DNA from: Sulfolobales archaeon
GTDB taxonomy: Archaea > Thermoproteota > Thermoprotei_A > Sulfolobales > NBVN01
NCBI GenBank assembly: GCA_038831135.1
Contig: JAWBKW010000005.1
Span: 6,795 to 70,794, forward strand
Length of the DNA: 64,000 bases
Direction of reading: 5' to 3'
Every line of letters begins with the position of its first letter. Positions within the stretch are counted from its first letter, which is position 1. The notes below the pieces were generated by a model. That model was not told where the DNA came from. It made no database searches and saw nothing but the letters and a program-made list of their open reading frames with translations. The position numbers and the translations under genes were made by a program. This document shows, one piece after another, positions 46,528 through 57,319 of the stretch.

Positions 46528-47881
46528 TATTTACTACCTTAATTACGTCCTCCAGAATGTCTAATCCTTTATGCGCTAATTCCTCAGATATTATGAGAGG
46601 TGGCGCTATTCTAATGACTGAATAACCTGCACCAATAACTGCTAATCCCCTCCTAAATGCCTCAAATAATACCTTACTTAATTCCTTATCAGCGTAATCC
46701 TTAGTTCCCTTATCTTTCACTAACTCTATACCTATCATTAGACCCTTACCACGGACATGCCCTACTATTTCATACTTATTAACCCATTCAGAAATTCTCT
46801 TCATAATTGATTCTCCAACCCTTAATGCGTTGTCAAGCATACCTTCATCTATTATAGCCCTTATTACTGCCCTACTTGCTGCTAAAGCTACAGGGTTGCC
46901 GCCGAATGTCGACGCATGCGTTCCCTTAGGTAAAGACATTACTTCAGCCTTACCCACTATCGCTCCTAGAGGAAGACCTGAGGCTAACGCCTTAGAAGAA
47001 ACTAAGATATCGGATTTAACACCCCAGTGCTCAGCGGCGAACCATTTACCGGTCCTACCCATGCCTGACTGAACTTCATCAAATACAAGTAATATTCCAT
47101 AATCGTTACATAGTTTCCTTAATTTAGGGAGGAAATCCTTTGGTGGTACAACGTAACCTCCCTCACCTAAAATAGGTTCTATAAATATACCGGCTACGTC
47201 ATCCCCACTAATTAATCTCTTAAAGAGATAGTCCTCAATGTAGGATATTACAGCATCGCCGCATTCATCCCCTTCAACATTTAATGGACATCTATAAGGA
47301 TCTGGGTAAGGTACACTGATGACTCCAGGAAGTAGGGGCTGGAAGTACTTCTTGTGAATTGGTTTGCTACCAGATAATGATAGACTTCCTAAGGTTCTAC
47401 CATGAAATGATCCAATAAATGTGATCACGTATTGCCTAGAGTTCTTGAAATATCCCTTAACAACCTTTAGAGCTCCCTCAATACCTTCCGTACCACTATT
47501 GCAGTAGAAGACCTTCTTCCTACCATCAATTGGTACTATCTCTAAGAACTCCTTAGCATGCATAACCGCTTCTTCATATAGAAAGTCAGTTATGGAGTAA
47601 TGAAGTAATTTATTGACTTGCTTTTTAATAGCTTCCACAACCTTTGGATGATTATGACCAACGTTCATAACACCTATCCCTGAGTTAAAGTCTATATATA
47701 GATTCCCATCTAAGTCTTCTACTACGGACCCGCAACCCATCTTGACTACTAATGGATACCATCTACTAAACGATTGCATTATTAATTCCTCATCACTCTC
47801 TACGACGTCCATAGACTTCGGCCCTGGAGGAGGTACCACTATCTTAGGCACAGTATCAAAACATTCCCTACCGTAACCCAT
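46502..47881 (-). CDS. class III PLP-dependent aminotransferase (GabT/ArgD/LysJ type)
   Basis: 459 aa. Motifs NSGTEGIEGALK, FDEVQSGMGRTG and the SSKALASG Lys region. Confidence 0.88.
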   Translation of the reverse strand: MGYGRECFDTVPKIVVPPPGPKSMDVVESDEELIMQSFSRWYPLVVKMGCGSVVEDLDGNLYIDFNSGIGVMNVGHNHPKVVEAIKKQVNKLLHYSITDFLYEEAVMHAKEFLEIVPIDGRKKVFYCNSGTEGIEGALKVVKGYFKNSRQYVITFIGSFHGRTLGSLSLSGSKPIHKKYFQPLLPGVISVPYPDPYRCPLNVEGDECGDAVISYIEDYLFKRLISGDDVAGIFIEPILGEGGYVVPPKDFLPKLRKLCNDYGILLVFDEVQSGMGRTGKWFAAEHWGVKSDILVSSKALASGLPLGAIVGKAEVMSLPKGTHASTFGGNPVALAASRAVIRAIIDEGMLDNALRVGESIMKRISEWVNKYEIVGHVRGKGLMIGIELVKDKGTKDYADKELSKVLFEAFRRGLAVIGAGYSVIRIAPPLIISEELAHKGLDILEDVIKVVNNESRNFKY

Positions 47882-47984
47882 CTCACTACCCTAATAACAA
47901 GTTCACTAACATTAAAATATTTTCGGCTTTAAAGGAAAAATTTTCTGCATTAAATTAAAAATACTAAAGCCTAAGTAATTTGAC

Positions 47985-49235
47985 TCAAGCCTTAGCTACT
48001 ATTGATGAAGCAATACTTAATAATTTAGAGTCCTGCCCCAAATCACATATTAATTGAATACCTACCGGTAGTCCACTTACTTCTAAAACCGGTAAGGAAA
48101 TAGCTGGGGCGCCAATATAGGAAGCGTAAACAGTTTCATATGTAAGTAAGCTCCTTATAGGTCCATCCTCCCTACCTACTACGTCGTCAATTTTGGGAGC
48201 AGGTATAGGTACTGTAGGAGTGATGAGTACATCCACTTTCTTTAAAGTCCTACTTAATTCATTCCTAGCTAATTGCCTAAGGTTTAATGCCTCAATGTAT
48301 TCTACCGCTCTATATTCGAGACCCTTCTCAATTAATCTCCTCACATCAGGACTGTAATCAATCCATCTCTCCCTATTAGGGATGTGGATAGCGGTAGCTT
48401 CACTATATCTAATTATAGGGAAATACTTCCAGACATATTTCTCGGCATCAGACATATTCACCTCTACATAATCACAGCCTAAGCTAGCGACATAGTTAAG
48501 GAATTTGTCCTCAACATCATTTACAAGGTCTGGATATAGAGCTCTTAACTCGTTCGGTACTCTAAACCATTGTGGGATACCTAACTTTAACTTCTTTAGA
48601 GGAACTTCAACTAATTCCAACCTAATGAAGTGTTTTGAACACCTATATACCCAACTTAAATTTTTTGCTAAGAAACCTACGGTATCGAAAGAAGGTGCTA
48701 GCGGGTAAACCCCCTCAGTACTAATTAAACCGTAAGTAGGTTTATAACCGTAAACACCGCATAGTGATGCAGGCACCCTTACAGAACCGGCCGTATCCGT
48801 TCCTAGTCCTATAGGTATTAAAGATGCTGCAACAGCTGCTGCAGAACCACCACTACTACCACCAGCTATCCTCGTAGTATCTAATGGATTCTTAGTTGGC
48901 CCAAATATACTTGATGTTGTAGTAGCTCCTGAAGCGAACTCATGCGTATTAGTTTTACCAACTACGACCCATCCAGACCCCTTAAGAACTTTAACTACGT
49001 ATGCATCACTTTCAGGTATAAAATCCTTAAATAGTTTGGAACCCATGGTTGTACGTAATCCTTTAGTGTAGATTACGTCTTTAACCCCTAACGGTAGGGG
49101 CTCTACTCCAAGCTTCAAAATATGCTCCGCATCACTTAACGCTTCCTCATTATACAGCACAAACGCGTTAATGGCCTCATTAATTTTCTTAGAATTATTA
49201 CTTAATGAATTTTCAATAAGTTTATAACCCTCCAA
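47985..49235 (-). CDS. amidase-signature family protein (GatA-like)
   Basis: 416 aa with amidase signature GGSSGGSAAAVA...GTDTAGSVRVPA. Confidence 0.85.
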   Translation of the reverse strand: MEGYKLIENSLSNNSKKINEAINAFVLYNEEALSDAEHILKLGVEPLPLGVKDVIYTKGLRTTMGSKLFKDFIPESDAYVVKVLKGSGWVVVGKTNTHEFASGATTTSSIFGPTKNPLDTTRIAGGSSGGSAAAVAASLIPIGLGTDTAGSVRVPASLCGVYGYKPTYGLISTEGVYPLAPSFDTVGFLAKNLSWVYRCSKHFIRLELVEVPLKKLKLGIPQWFRVPNELRALYPDLVNDVEDKFLNYVASLGCDYVEVNMSDAEKYVWKYFPIIRYSEATAIHIPNRERWIDYSPDVRRLIEKGLEYRAVEYIEALNLRQLARNELSRTLKKVDVLITPTVPIPAPKIDDVVGREDGPIRSLLTYETVYASYIGAPAISLPVLEVSGLPVGIQLICDLGQDSKLLSIASSIVAKA

Positions 49236-49366
49236 CTAAATACCACCTAAATAAATTATATAATAAGTCCTAAAAAATAATTACACATTCCGTACCTAGT
49301 ACATAGATCTTACTTTTACCCTCTCATTTAAGGATTAAAGTCCAGAATAAATTCCCCACTAATAAT

Positions 49367-50812
49367 TCAGTACTTCTTAGCTAACCTCATAAAGGTATTC
49401 GCTTTAGCACCACATACGACGCAATTATCTTCAACGACACCAATACCTAATGGAGTGCCTAGTGCATCACAATCTAACGTCTCAATTAATTTTAATCCAC
49501 ATTCCTGCCTACCACACCATGGCAACTCAATGATGCCTCTACTACTGCTTAGGAATTTTCTAGCATCTTCTATATTAGTAAATCTCGTAATTCTTGACTT
49601 AAAGGCCTGCCAGGCCCTACTTCTTAAGTTATTATTATATTCGTTACTAATAGATTCTATCCTCCCCAGAAGCTCGTTAAACCCAATCTTAACTCTCTCT
49701 AAAGTATCCCTCCTAAAGACGGTAACGTAGCCTCCCTCTACCTCCTTAATACCTATTTCAATTCTTAAGGGGACCCCCCTGAATTCCCAATAATAGAATT
49801 TCTCTCCCGGTCTTAACTCATCGCGCAGATCCTCATAGACCTTATAACCCTTACTAACTAATGCTTCACGAATCTTAGCTGAATACTTAAATACCTCATC
49901 TTTCGTCTCAGCCGTTATTAGAGGTATGATAACTATTTGTATAGGGGCTATATGGAATGGTAGTACTAAGCCCCTTCGGTCTCCATGAACTGCAAACATC
50001 GACGCTAATGCACGCTCAGAAATCCCGTAGCTTGTCTGCCATCCATAGTCTATGCTTCCATCACTCTTTTGGATCCTTACCTCAAAGACTTTAGTGAAGT
50101 TCTGACCAAGATTATGTACAGTGCCTATCTGCAGTGCCCTACCATCAGGGAGTAAAGTATCGAAAGCTATCGTGTAGATAGCGCCTGCGAATTTATCCCA
50201 CTCAGGTCGCTTAGATATCAGATATGGAACCCCTAAAGAATCAAAGAACTTACTGTAAATATCTATAGCTTCTACAACCTGTCTTTCACAGTCGTTAAAG
50301 TCTTCATGAAGTGTATGAGCCTCTTTGAAGGTACTTACTTCCCTAACCCTAATCATTGCCCTAGTCGCCTTCGTCTCATACCTAAATATACTAACAATCT
50401 GATAGTACTTCTTAGGTAACTGTTTATAACTCTTTACCCAGAAACTCTCTAAATACGTGAGTGACGTCTCACTAGTAGGTCTTAAAGCTAATTTAATGTC
50501 TAAAGGCTCCAGACCTCCGTGCGTAACCCAATATACCTGGTCCTCAAAACCTCTAATATGTTCCGATTCCTTCTCAATTATGTTTTCAGGTATTAATAGC
50601 GGCAGTAATATCTCCTCATGCCCGGTACTATCAAGTAGCCCCCTAAGGATGTTTATAGTGTTTTCCCTAATTTTGAAGCCGTAAGGCAGCCAGACACCCA
50701 TACCTTTAACTGGGTACCTACCGTAATCATATACCTCAGCGACCTCTAATACGTAGTCGAACCATTCAGAGAAAGACCTGCCAAGATCCCTATATACGTT
50801 ATCCTCACTCAA
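49367..50812 (-). CDS. proS: prolyl-tRNA synthetase (archaeal/eukaryotic type)
   Basis: 481 aa. Class II core and a C-terminal Cys-containing domain (WCGRQECG...CVVCG). Confidence 0.92.
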   Translation of the reverse strand: MSEDNVYRDLGRSFSEWFDYVLEVAEVYDYGRYPVKGMGVWLPYGFKIRENTINILRGLLDSTGHEEILLPLLIPENIIEKESEHIRGFEDQVYWVTHGGLEPLDIKLALRPTSETSLTYLESFWVKSYKQLPKKYYQIVSIFRYETKATRAMIRVREVSTFKEAHTLHEDFNDCERQVVEAIDIYSKFFDSLGVPYLISKRPEWDKFAGAIYTIAFDTLLPDGRALQIGTVHNLGQNFTKVFEVRIQKSDGSIDYGWQTSYGISERALASMFAVHGDRRGLVLPFHIAPIQIVIIPLITAETKDEVFKYSAKIREALVSKGYKVYEDLRDELRPGEKFYYWEFRGVPLRIEIGIKEVEGGYVTVFRRDTLERVKIGFNELLGRIESISNEYNNNLRSRAWQAFKSRITRFTNIEDARKFLSSSRGIIELPWCGRQECGLKLIETLDCDALGTPLGIGVVEDNCVVCGAKANTFMRLAKKY

Positions 50813-50932
50813 CCACTAACACCAACAACTAGTGATAATAAGTGATTTTAAAGTTAGCATTAAAGAAACCACTATTATACTTTCTAAACACTAAAGATTA
50901 AAAATACTGAAGTACTAAAGAAGTAGTAAGAA

Positions 50933-51229
50933 GTGGAGAGGTGTTCGGCTACGCCTAAAAAGAGGGAGAGTAGAGGTAGACATAAAGGCGGTAAAGGATC
51001 TGTGGGAGCTATACACTGCGATCAGTGCGGGAGGTTGACTCCCGAGGATAAGGCAGTATGTGTTACTAGGACCTACTCACCAGTTGACCCGCAACTAGCT
51101 AATGAGTTAGAGAAGAAAGGTGCTATAATCGCTAAATACCCTATCACTAAGTGTTATTGTATTAGCTGTGCAATATTTTTAGGTATAATTAAAGTTAGAT
51201 CTGAGGATGAGAGGAAGATCATCAGGTAA
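50933..51229 (+). CDS. rps26e: 30S ribosomal protein eS26
   Basis: 98 aa: PKKRESRGRHKGGKGSVGAIHCDQCGRLTPEDKAV. Confidence 0.88.
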   Translation: MERCSATPKKRESRGRHKGGKGSVGAIHCDQCGRLTPEDKAVCVTRTYSPVDPQLANELEKKGAIIAKYPITKCYCISCAIFLGIIKVRSEDERKIIR

Positions 51230-51242
51230 GTAGGGGATAAAC

Positions 51243-51530
51243 ATGCGTATACCTAAAAAACTCAATAGTTATTGCCCCAGATGTAAAACGCATACAGAAC
51301 ACAGCGTTACAATTTACAAGCACGGTAAACGTAGATCTTTAGCTGAGGGTGAGAGGAGATACGCACGTAAGCAAGAGGGGTATGGCAGTAAGAGAAAGCC
51401 TGAGCAGAAGAGATTCGCTAAGGTTACTAAGAAAGTAGTTCTAAAACTTAAGTGTTCGAAATGCGGTTACGTATCACATAGGAGAGGTATTAGAATAAAG
51501 AAGGCTGAACTAGTTGAGGTGGTGAAGTAG
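51243..51530 (+). CDS. rpl44e: 50S ribosomal protein eL42 (L44e)
   Basis: 95 aa with [10 protein letters not shown]...CSKCG ribbon and a Lys/Arg-rich core. Confidence 0.92.
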   Translation: MRIPKKLNSYCPRCKTHTEHSVTIYKHGKRRSLAEGERRYARKQEGYGSKRKPEQKRFAKVTKKVVLKLKCSKCGYVSHRRGIRIKKAELVEVVK

Positions 51531-51728
51531 ATGAAGAAGAGGAAGACTCTAATACCTATGCCTAGGTCTAAGTTTGTAAAGGTTAGATGCCCGTCATGCG
51601 GTAATGAGCAGGTAGTTTTCGACCACGCAACATTCCCATCAAGATGTTTAGTATGCGGAGTTGTTCTTGTAGTGCCTTCAGGTGGTAAAGCTAAGGTATT
51701 AGGTGAGTTAGTTAAGATCATGAGTTGA
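51531..51728 (+). CDS. rps27e: 30S ribosomal protein eS27
   Basis: 65 aa with CPSCGNE...CLVCG ribbon. Confidence 0.92.
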   Translation: MKKRKTLIPMPRSKFVKVRCPSCGNEQVVFDHATFPSRCLVCGVVLVVPSGGKAKVLGELVKIMS

Positions 51729-51733
51729 TGTAG

Positions 51734-52537
51734 TTGGTAAGGAAGCGTAGCGAGTTACCGGAAGTAGGCGATTTAGTAGTAGGAACAGTTGCTAAGATAT
51801 TCGAGTACGGAGCGTATGTCCGTTTAGAGGAGTATGGAGGTCATGAGGCGTACCTACCTTGGAGTGAGGTCAGTAGTAAGTGGGTTAGGGACGTTAAGGA
51901 ATTCGTTAAGGAAGGACAGAAGGTCGTAGCTAAGGTTATTCGGGTTGATAGGAGGAAAAAACATGTTGATATATCTCTTAAAAGAGTTAGTGATAGCGAG
52001 CAAAGGAGGAAATTACTGGAGTGGAAAAGAGCCCAAAGAGCTGAAAAACTACTTGAGATCGTTTCAATAAAGGTGGGTAGGACGTTAAATGATGCCTATA
52101 AGGAAGTTGGTTGGAGATTAGAAGATACTTATGGGGAGATTTTCGCAGGCTTAGAGCTCACGGCGTATCAAGGAGAGGAAGTACTTAGGAAGGCTGGGGT
52201 ACCGGATGAGTGGATAGGTCCAATAATGGAGGAATTGAAGAAACATATCGAAGTGAAGAAGGTTAAGATACAGGGATTATTAATGCTAACCTCGACAGAG
52301 CCCGATGGGGTAATTAAGATAAAGGACGTACTTCTAAAACCTTTAGAGGTACTAAGTAAGGAGTTAAACAGAAACACATCTATTAAGGTCTACACTATAG
52401 GAGCACCTAGATATAGGGTAGAGGTTGTAGCCACTGACTACAAACATGCTGAGAAAATACTAAATAACTACACGTTAATAGCACAGAATACCGCGAAGGA
52501 ACTTAATGTGAATTACAGTTTTGAGAGGGAACAATGA
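51734..52537 (+). CDS. eif2a: translation initiation factor aIF-2 alpha subunit
   Basis: 267 aa with an N-terminal S1 domain (GDLVVGTVAKIFEYGAYVRLEEYGGHEAYLPWSEVS). Confidence 0.92.
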   Translation: MVRKRSELPEVGDLVVGTVAKIFEYGAYVRLEEYGGHEAYLPWSEVSSKWVRDVKEFVKEGQKVVAKVIRVDRRKKHVDISLKRVSDSEQRRKLLEWKRAQRAEKLLEIVSIKVGRTLNDAYKEVGWRLEDTYGEIFAGLELTAYQGEEVLRKAGVPDEWIGPIMEELKKHIEVKKVKIQGLLMLTSTEPDGVIKIKDVLLKPLEVLSKELNRNTSIKVYTIGAPRYRVEVVATDYKHAEKILNNYTLIAQNTAKELNVNYSFEREQ

Positions 52538-52701
52538 CGCGTTGGTTATTACGTAAATGCGTACGATGTAAAGCATATACTTTGCAGGAAATCTGCCCTA
52601 AATGCGGTGGGAGCACATCTACAGCTCACCCGCCTAGGTTCTCACCAAATGATAGATATGTTAGGCATAGAGTTATACTTAAATCAATTAATGATTCTTA
52701 A
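52534..52701 (+). CDS. nop10: H/ACA RNP protein Nop10
   Basis: Not in the track (55 aa). MTRWLLRKCVRCKAYTLQEICPKCGGSTSTAHPPRFSPNDRYVRHRV. ATGA overlap with the aIF2alpha stop. Conserved L44e-S27e-aIF2alpha-Nop10 order. Confidence 0.9.
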   Translation: MTRWLLRKCVRCKAYTLQEICPKCGGSTSTAHPPRFSPNDRYVRHRVILKSINDS

Positions 52702-52702
52702 A

Positions 52703-53266
52703 TCACCAAGGCACATCCTTAATCCTGAATATATATGCTATGAAATTAGTTAATGGGTGAAGTATTAAAGAAATAAGCATAACAACTAATAAATTCCATA
52801 AACCTAACGAAACATTTAATAATGAATCGATATTCAATAGTTTAATCATAGAGAACGAGCCAATTAAGTAGTCTACCTGATCGAATGGTGGGAAAGGGGC
52901 TCCACTCCGCATCCCAAGCCTCCGCTTTATGAACGCGTTAATAAGATCACCTAATAAAGCACCTAGACCCATAAAGAACGCGTATAAAACCCATAAATCA
53001 TCCCTAGAAACATACGCGTAACAAAGTCCTAGGGAGAGCCCCCCTAATAAGCCCAACATGAGACCCTCCCATGTCTTCCCATCCCCAAATATTCTCCTTC
53101 CGTCAATGAAATTTCTATTAAGATCTATCGGGTGTTTATTTCGGAAGAACGTTCTTGAAAGGACAGGTAATGCGTTAGCTACCATTGCCGGTAAGAATAG
53201 AATCAACGACCATACAGTCCCTATAATACTTTCACTAAGATCCGTCATCCAACCACTCAACTCCAT
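52703..53266 (-). CDS. carS: CDP-archaeol synthase (DUF46/CarS)
   Basis: 187 aa, polytopic. GDGKTWEG and GDLINAFIKRRLG motifs. Confidence 0.85.
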   Translation of the reverse strand: MELSGWMTDLSESIIGTVWSLILFLPAMVANALPVLSRTFFRNKHPIDLNRNFIDGRRIFGDGKTWEGLMLGLLGGLSLGLCYAYVSRDDLWVLYAFFMGLGALLGDLINAFIKRRLGMRSGAPFPPFDQVDYLIGSFSMIKLLNIDSLLNVSLGLWNLLVVMLISLILHPLTNFIAYIFRIKDVPW

Positions 53267-53870
53267 TATTACTAACTACATATCTCACTTCTAAATTAGC
53301 TTCTTTAGGAAACTCTATAAATAACCTTCGTACCTTACCTTTAAGCCTATCCAACCTAACTACATTATCGCACCAATATTTAAGCATCTGAAATCCACTC
53401 ATCTTAATCTCATCATCAAATCCACCAACTTGAGCTGCGAGTAAGCAGGTAACACCGTAATTAACGCTCATATCGCTCAAGAAGGCTAATATGGTGTTAA
53501 GCACCCTACCCGCATTAACCTCGTAACCAACCTCAGCCCTATAAAAATTATTTATGGTATCTATAGCTACTGCTTTTAAAGACCTCATCATGTCTTTATA
53601 GATATTAAAAACTAGCTGAAGTAAGCTATTACTATCATACACCTCTGTAAATAAAGCATTGTTTGAGAATACGTACCTACTTAATAACGCTGAATATAAA
53701 GGTCCTTCAGTACTTATGTAGAGAACTCCACCCTTAGTAGAAGTAGATATATTACTTAAAATCCATAATACTATGTTGGTCTTACCGACCCCTGATTCAC
53801 CATAAATTAATGAGACCTTACCATCAACTACTTTAATGACCTCATACGCCTTAATGATACCACCACTCAA
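53235..53870 (-). CDS. RecA-superfamily ATPase, KaiC/RadB-like
   Basis: 211 aa. Walker A IYGESGVGKTN, Walker B-like AVAIDTI. Confidence 0.7.
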   Translation of the reverse strand: MSGGIIKAYEVIKVVDGKVSLIYGESGVGKTNIVLWILSNISTSTKGGVLYISTEGPLYSALLSRYVFSNNALFTEVYDSNSLLQLVFNIYKDMMRSLKAVAIDTINNFYRAEVGYEVNAGRVLNTILAFLSDMSVNYGVTCLLAAQVGGFDDEIKMSGFQMLKYWCDNVVRLDRLKGKVRRLFIEFPKEANLEVRYVVSNNGVEWLDDGS

Positions 53871-53983
53871 TAAACTTTATTATAAAATGCTTAAATAATA
53901 ATAACGGTGGTTACATAACAAAACACCGCAATAATAAACACCATGTCGCATCATTTATATATAATCCTAGAATACTTACGCAT

Positions 53984-54571
53984 GTGTTAAATATTATTAG
54001 GCAATATGATTTAGAGCTATTTACACCCGACGATTTAAATACGATCAAAGATTATCAAGACGTGTTATTGGTGGACGAGGAAGGGCTAGAAATACTGAGA
54101 AATTACTATGACGTTAATCCTACTAATTACTACGTAGTAAATGACGAGGCCTCTATCTACAGATTTATAATTAGAGTATTCGGCATTAAAGACGTTAAAG
54201 TGCTTCAGATAGGGTTAGATGTCGGTAAGAGGTTGGCCTACGCTATCCTCTGCGATAACTTACTACTCAAGGCTGGATACGTATCAAGACCTAAGGACCT
54301 AATAGAGGTTTTGAGGAAGTTTAGAGATTATTTAATGCCTGAGAAGGTTGTAGTAAAGCTTGGAAGCTCCAGCGGGATCTCAAGTCAGAAGCTAGAGATA
54401 TTCTTAAGGGATTTACTTTTATCGGGGTTTGAGGTAATAGTGGCGGATGAAAGTAATTCATCATTTAAGACGTGGAACACGTTAACTGGTTATAGAATGA
54501 AGTTTACTACGGATATACATGCAGCATTAAATATAGCGTTCAGAGAGGGTGTTAAAGTTAGTAGGCTATAG
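53984..54571 (+). CDS. RNase H-fold protein, YqgF/RuvX-like putative nuclease
   Basis: 195 aa. C-terminal ~125 aa show IGLDVGKRLAYAIL, VVKLG, VADESNSS and DIHAALNIA, the YqgF-like acidic-residue pattern. The N-terminal ~70 aa are unassigned. Confidence 0.5.
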   Translation: MLNIIRQYDLELFTPDDLNTIKDYQDVLLVDEEGLEILRNYYDVNPTNYYVVNDEASIYRFIIRVFGIKDVKVLQIGLDVGKRLAYAILCDNLLLKAGYVSRPKDLIEVLRKFRDYLMPEKVVVKLGSSSGISSQKLEIFLRDLLLSGFEVIVADESNSSFKTWNTLTGYRMKFTTDIHAALNIAFREGVKVSRL

Positions 54572-55414
54572 TTATGTGAGGTTTTCGCTGTAGAGAATTG
54601 AGTAAATCTTTAGAAACGTTTCAGCAGGTAATTGATACACTCTTTTGCCTTCAATTAAGGGTGCTATTCCAAGATTAAATTCGTTAGTTAAGTCTTCGTT
54701 TAAACAACATCTCAAAACTTTCTTAATTAGCTTTCGTTTCTGATTAAATAAACACTTTATTAGATGTTCGTAAGATTCCCACCTACAGTCCCACATCCTT
54801 AACCTCTTAAGAATTACAACCCTAGAATATACCTCAGGGTGTGGAACGAAGGATTCGGGAGGGTATAAACCCCCTAACTCTACATCCATGAAAGTATTTA
54901 CCATAACGGTTAATCTACTATAAGACTTACTACCAGGTTGTGCTGCTAGACGCTCAGCTACTTCTTTCTGGAGCGTTAATACTGCAACCCTACAATTAGA
55001 CTTAATTATTGAGTTAATTAAAGGGCCAGTAATGCTGTAAGGAACGTTAGACACTAACACATCAGCTTCCCTTAGCCCAGACCTAATTAGAGAGATCCCA
55101 TCACCAATCAATATATCGATGATCCCATCACCCACTTCTCTAGATAGATAAACACTAGCAACTTTAGCTAAAGATTGATCTAGTTCTATAGTTACTACGT
55201 ACTTTGCAACACTTCCTAAACCCGCAGTGAGTATGCCTAAACCAGTACCGACCTCCACAACCCGTAACGGTTGAAACTTAGCAGTATGATGTAAGATTTC
55301 ATTCACTAAATCCTCATCTACAACAAAATGCTGACTTAATTTTTTCTTTAATCTAATCCCGTAAGAACGTAACACGTATTTAGTGATCTTTTCTAGTTCC
55401 CTAAACCTCCACAT
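54572..55414 (-). CDS. rsmA: 16S rRNA (adenine-N6,N6)-dimethyltransferase KsgA/Dim1
   Basis: 280 aa. LSQHFV, SAM motif VVEVGTGLGILT, NVPYSIT. Confidence 0.92.
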   Translation of the reverse strand: MWRFRELEKITKYVLRSYGIRLKKKLSQHFVVDEDLVNEILHHTAKFQPLRVVEVGTGLGILTAGLGSVAKYVVTIELDQSLAKVASVYLSREVGDGIIDILIGDGISLIRSGLREADVLVSNVPYSITGPLINSIIKSNCRVAVLTLQKEVAERLAAQPGSKSYSRLTVMVNTFMDVELGGLYPPESFVPHPEVYSRVVILKRLRMWDCRWESYEHLIKCLFNQKRKLIKKVLRCCLNEDLTNEFNLGIAPLIEGKRVYQLPAETFLKIYSILYSENLT

Positions 55415-55482
55415 CCGAATACACTCCCATTAATCAACGATTAATGATGTTCTTTAATCATGGTCTATTTAAACAATAAGTC

Positions 55483-55797
55483 CTACCTAACTGGCAGAAA
55501 TAGTCTAAGGAATGGTTTTAGGGGATTTAGTATCCGTTTTTCCTTCCTGACGTATCCATAAATCGCCTTCATCAACATCCCTCCAAGTATAAGTGATGGT
55601 GTAGCCGTATTTCTGGTTTTAACGTATAGGATCTCTAGTTCATCATCTGTGACATAGTTGAGGGGTTCACCATTACAACCTGCTCTCATCCACCTCTCAT
55701 AAGCTTTCTCCAGTACTTCGGAGACATCATTATCTGAGTAGAAAGCTATCTTAACCCACGGCTCCTTACTATCATCAATATTATATATTAAATTCAT
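55483..55797 (-). CDS. hypothetical protein
   Basis: 104-aa ORF with no recognised motif. Confidence 0.45.
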   Translation of the reverse strand: MNLIYNIDDSKEPWVKIAFYSDNDVSEVLEKAYERWMRAGCNGEPLNYVTDDELEILYVKTRNTATPSLILGGMLMKAIYGYVRKEKRILNPLKPFLRLFLPVR

Positions 55798-55876
55798 TAG
55801 TAGCTTCTTCCTTTCATCCTTGATTAGAACATCACCAAATTTATTAGTTTTAAAAGGTTTATATTTTTGATAAGGT

Positions 55877-56542
55877 TTGAATACTGAAGAGAAGGTTTTA
55901 AGTTATTTGAGGACCCACCCAGGAGCTACACCTAGAGAAGTAGCAGATGCCTTAGGGATAGGTCTGACGTCAGTTAGGATAGCCATTAATAGGCTTAGGG
56001 AGTTAGGATACGTTATTAGAAGTAGTAGAGGAGGTTATGTAGTACGGATAGCTACCAATAATGTAACTCCTTACGATAACGCCATCAATTTAAAGCAACA
56101 CTCGGATAACAACGAATTATTAAAAACAATTAATGAATTAGTCAATAAAGTTGATGAGTTGGAAGCAAGGATTAGGAAGTTAGAGGATGATGTTAAATAC
56201 ATCAGGAAGTCCTTACCTAAAATTTCAGTAAAGACTACGAGGTCGGATAAGGACTTAGATAAACTCCTCTCAACCCTAAAATTAAGGGGTATTATAAGTT
56301 TGAGTGAAGCTAGAGAATTAGCTAACAAACCATTAGAGGATTATATAAATAGTGGGGAAATCCTCGTTATAGCAGATTCGGTAGTATATCCCGACTTATT
56401 GAACTCTTTTAGGTCTAAATTCCCTATTAAAGTATCAAGTATTAATAATTTGAGTAATGAGGAAGTAAAACTTCTTGAAGCACTAATTAAGAGTAATCAA
56501 GTATATCTGTTCTCGGGTATTGAGTATAGATTTCTTGACTAA
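55877..56542 (+). CDS. winged-helix DNA-binding protein with central coiled coil
   Basis: 221 aa from TTG. N-terminal wHTH (VLSYLRTHPGATPREVADALGIGLTSVRIAINRLRELGYV) and a coiled coil (LVNKVDELEARIRKLEDDVKYI). Confidence 0.6.
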   Translation: MNTEEKVLSYLRTHPGATPREVADALGIGLTSVRIAINRLRELGYVIRSSRGGYVVRIATNNVTPYDNAINLKQHSDNNELLKTINELVNKVDELEARIRKLEDDVKYIRKSLPKISVKTTRSDKDLDKLLSTLKLRGIISLSEARELANKPLEDYINSGEILVIADSVVYPDLLNSFRSKFPIKVSSINNLSNEEVKLLEALIKSNQVYLFSGIEYRFLD

Positions 56543-57312
56543 ATTTTCCCAGAGAGAAGGTCCTCAATTAGCCTAATCAGCCTATCTATAACTGCGTTTA
56601 CTAATAACATTCCCTTCTCATTTGTGGATTTTTCAGGAGTGCCATAACTGCCTGGGAATTTTTTAATACCCTCAAACCTATAGACGTATACCTTAGGTCT
56701 CTTAGTTAGGTCTAAGCTATGCCAGAAATCATCATATTTCCTATCAATAGGGGAACCAACAACCTTATCATAAATTACTCTAATACCTAAGGCTATCGCA
56801 ACACTAGTCTCAACCTCATCCGCATGATAGAATTTACTTTCAAATACTTCATTAATTAAATCACCAACTAATTCCCACCAAGATGCAACTAAAATTACTG
56901 AATCGTTACCTACATCATTAACTACCTTCCTAGCGATGACTCTTAAGGCGTCAGAATTACCGGCATGCCCATTAAGTATTAAGACCTTACTGATACCACA
57001 TCTTAGAACAGACTTAATCAAATCGTATAAGTAATTTATGAATGAGGAGTCGCTTACTTCTAGCGTTCCGGGATTACCAGCCCACATACTACTTAATCCG
57101 TAGGGTATAGAAGGGAGTTTAATTATTCTTAAACCTAGTTTATTAGCTTTCATTACTAACTTCTTAGATAATTCATCAACTATTAAGTAATCAAGACCTA
57201 GCGGTAGATGCATTCCATGCTGCTCGACACTCCCTACAGGCAGTACAGCTACAGTCGAGTCATCTATGATTTCCTCAAATTCTACCCAAGTGATTTGATC
57301 CCAGAATGCCAT
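56539..57312 (-). CDS. creatininase-family amidohydrolase
   Basis: 257 aa. VGSVEQHGMHLPLGLD and NGHAGN motifs. Confidence 0.82.
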   Translation of the reverse strand: MAFWDQITWVEFEEIIDDSTVAVLPVGSVEQHGMHLPLGLDYLIVDELSKKLVMKANKLGLRIIKLPSIPYGLSSMWAGNPGTLEVSDSSFINYLYDLIKSVLRCGISKVLILNGHAGNSDALRVIARKVVNDVGNDSVILVASWWELVGDLINEVFESKFYHADEVETSVAIALGIRVIYDKVVGSPIDRKYDDFWHSLDLTKRPKVYVYRFEGIKKFPGSYGTPEKSTNEKGMLLVNAVIDRLIRLIEDLLSGKI

Positions 57313-57319
57313 ATAATCA

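Noticed and set aside
50830-50912. GTGATAA...GTGATTT...CTGA elements upstream of the eS26 gene
   Set aside because: Box spacing (more than 60 nt) is incompatible with an archaeal C/D sRNA. It is more likely just an A/T-rich promoter region.
55440-55475. AATGATGT (box C-like) in the spacer upstream of ksgA
   Set aside because: No CTGA at 10-13 nt spacing on either strand, so the C/D architecture is incomplete.
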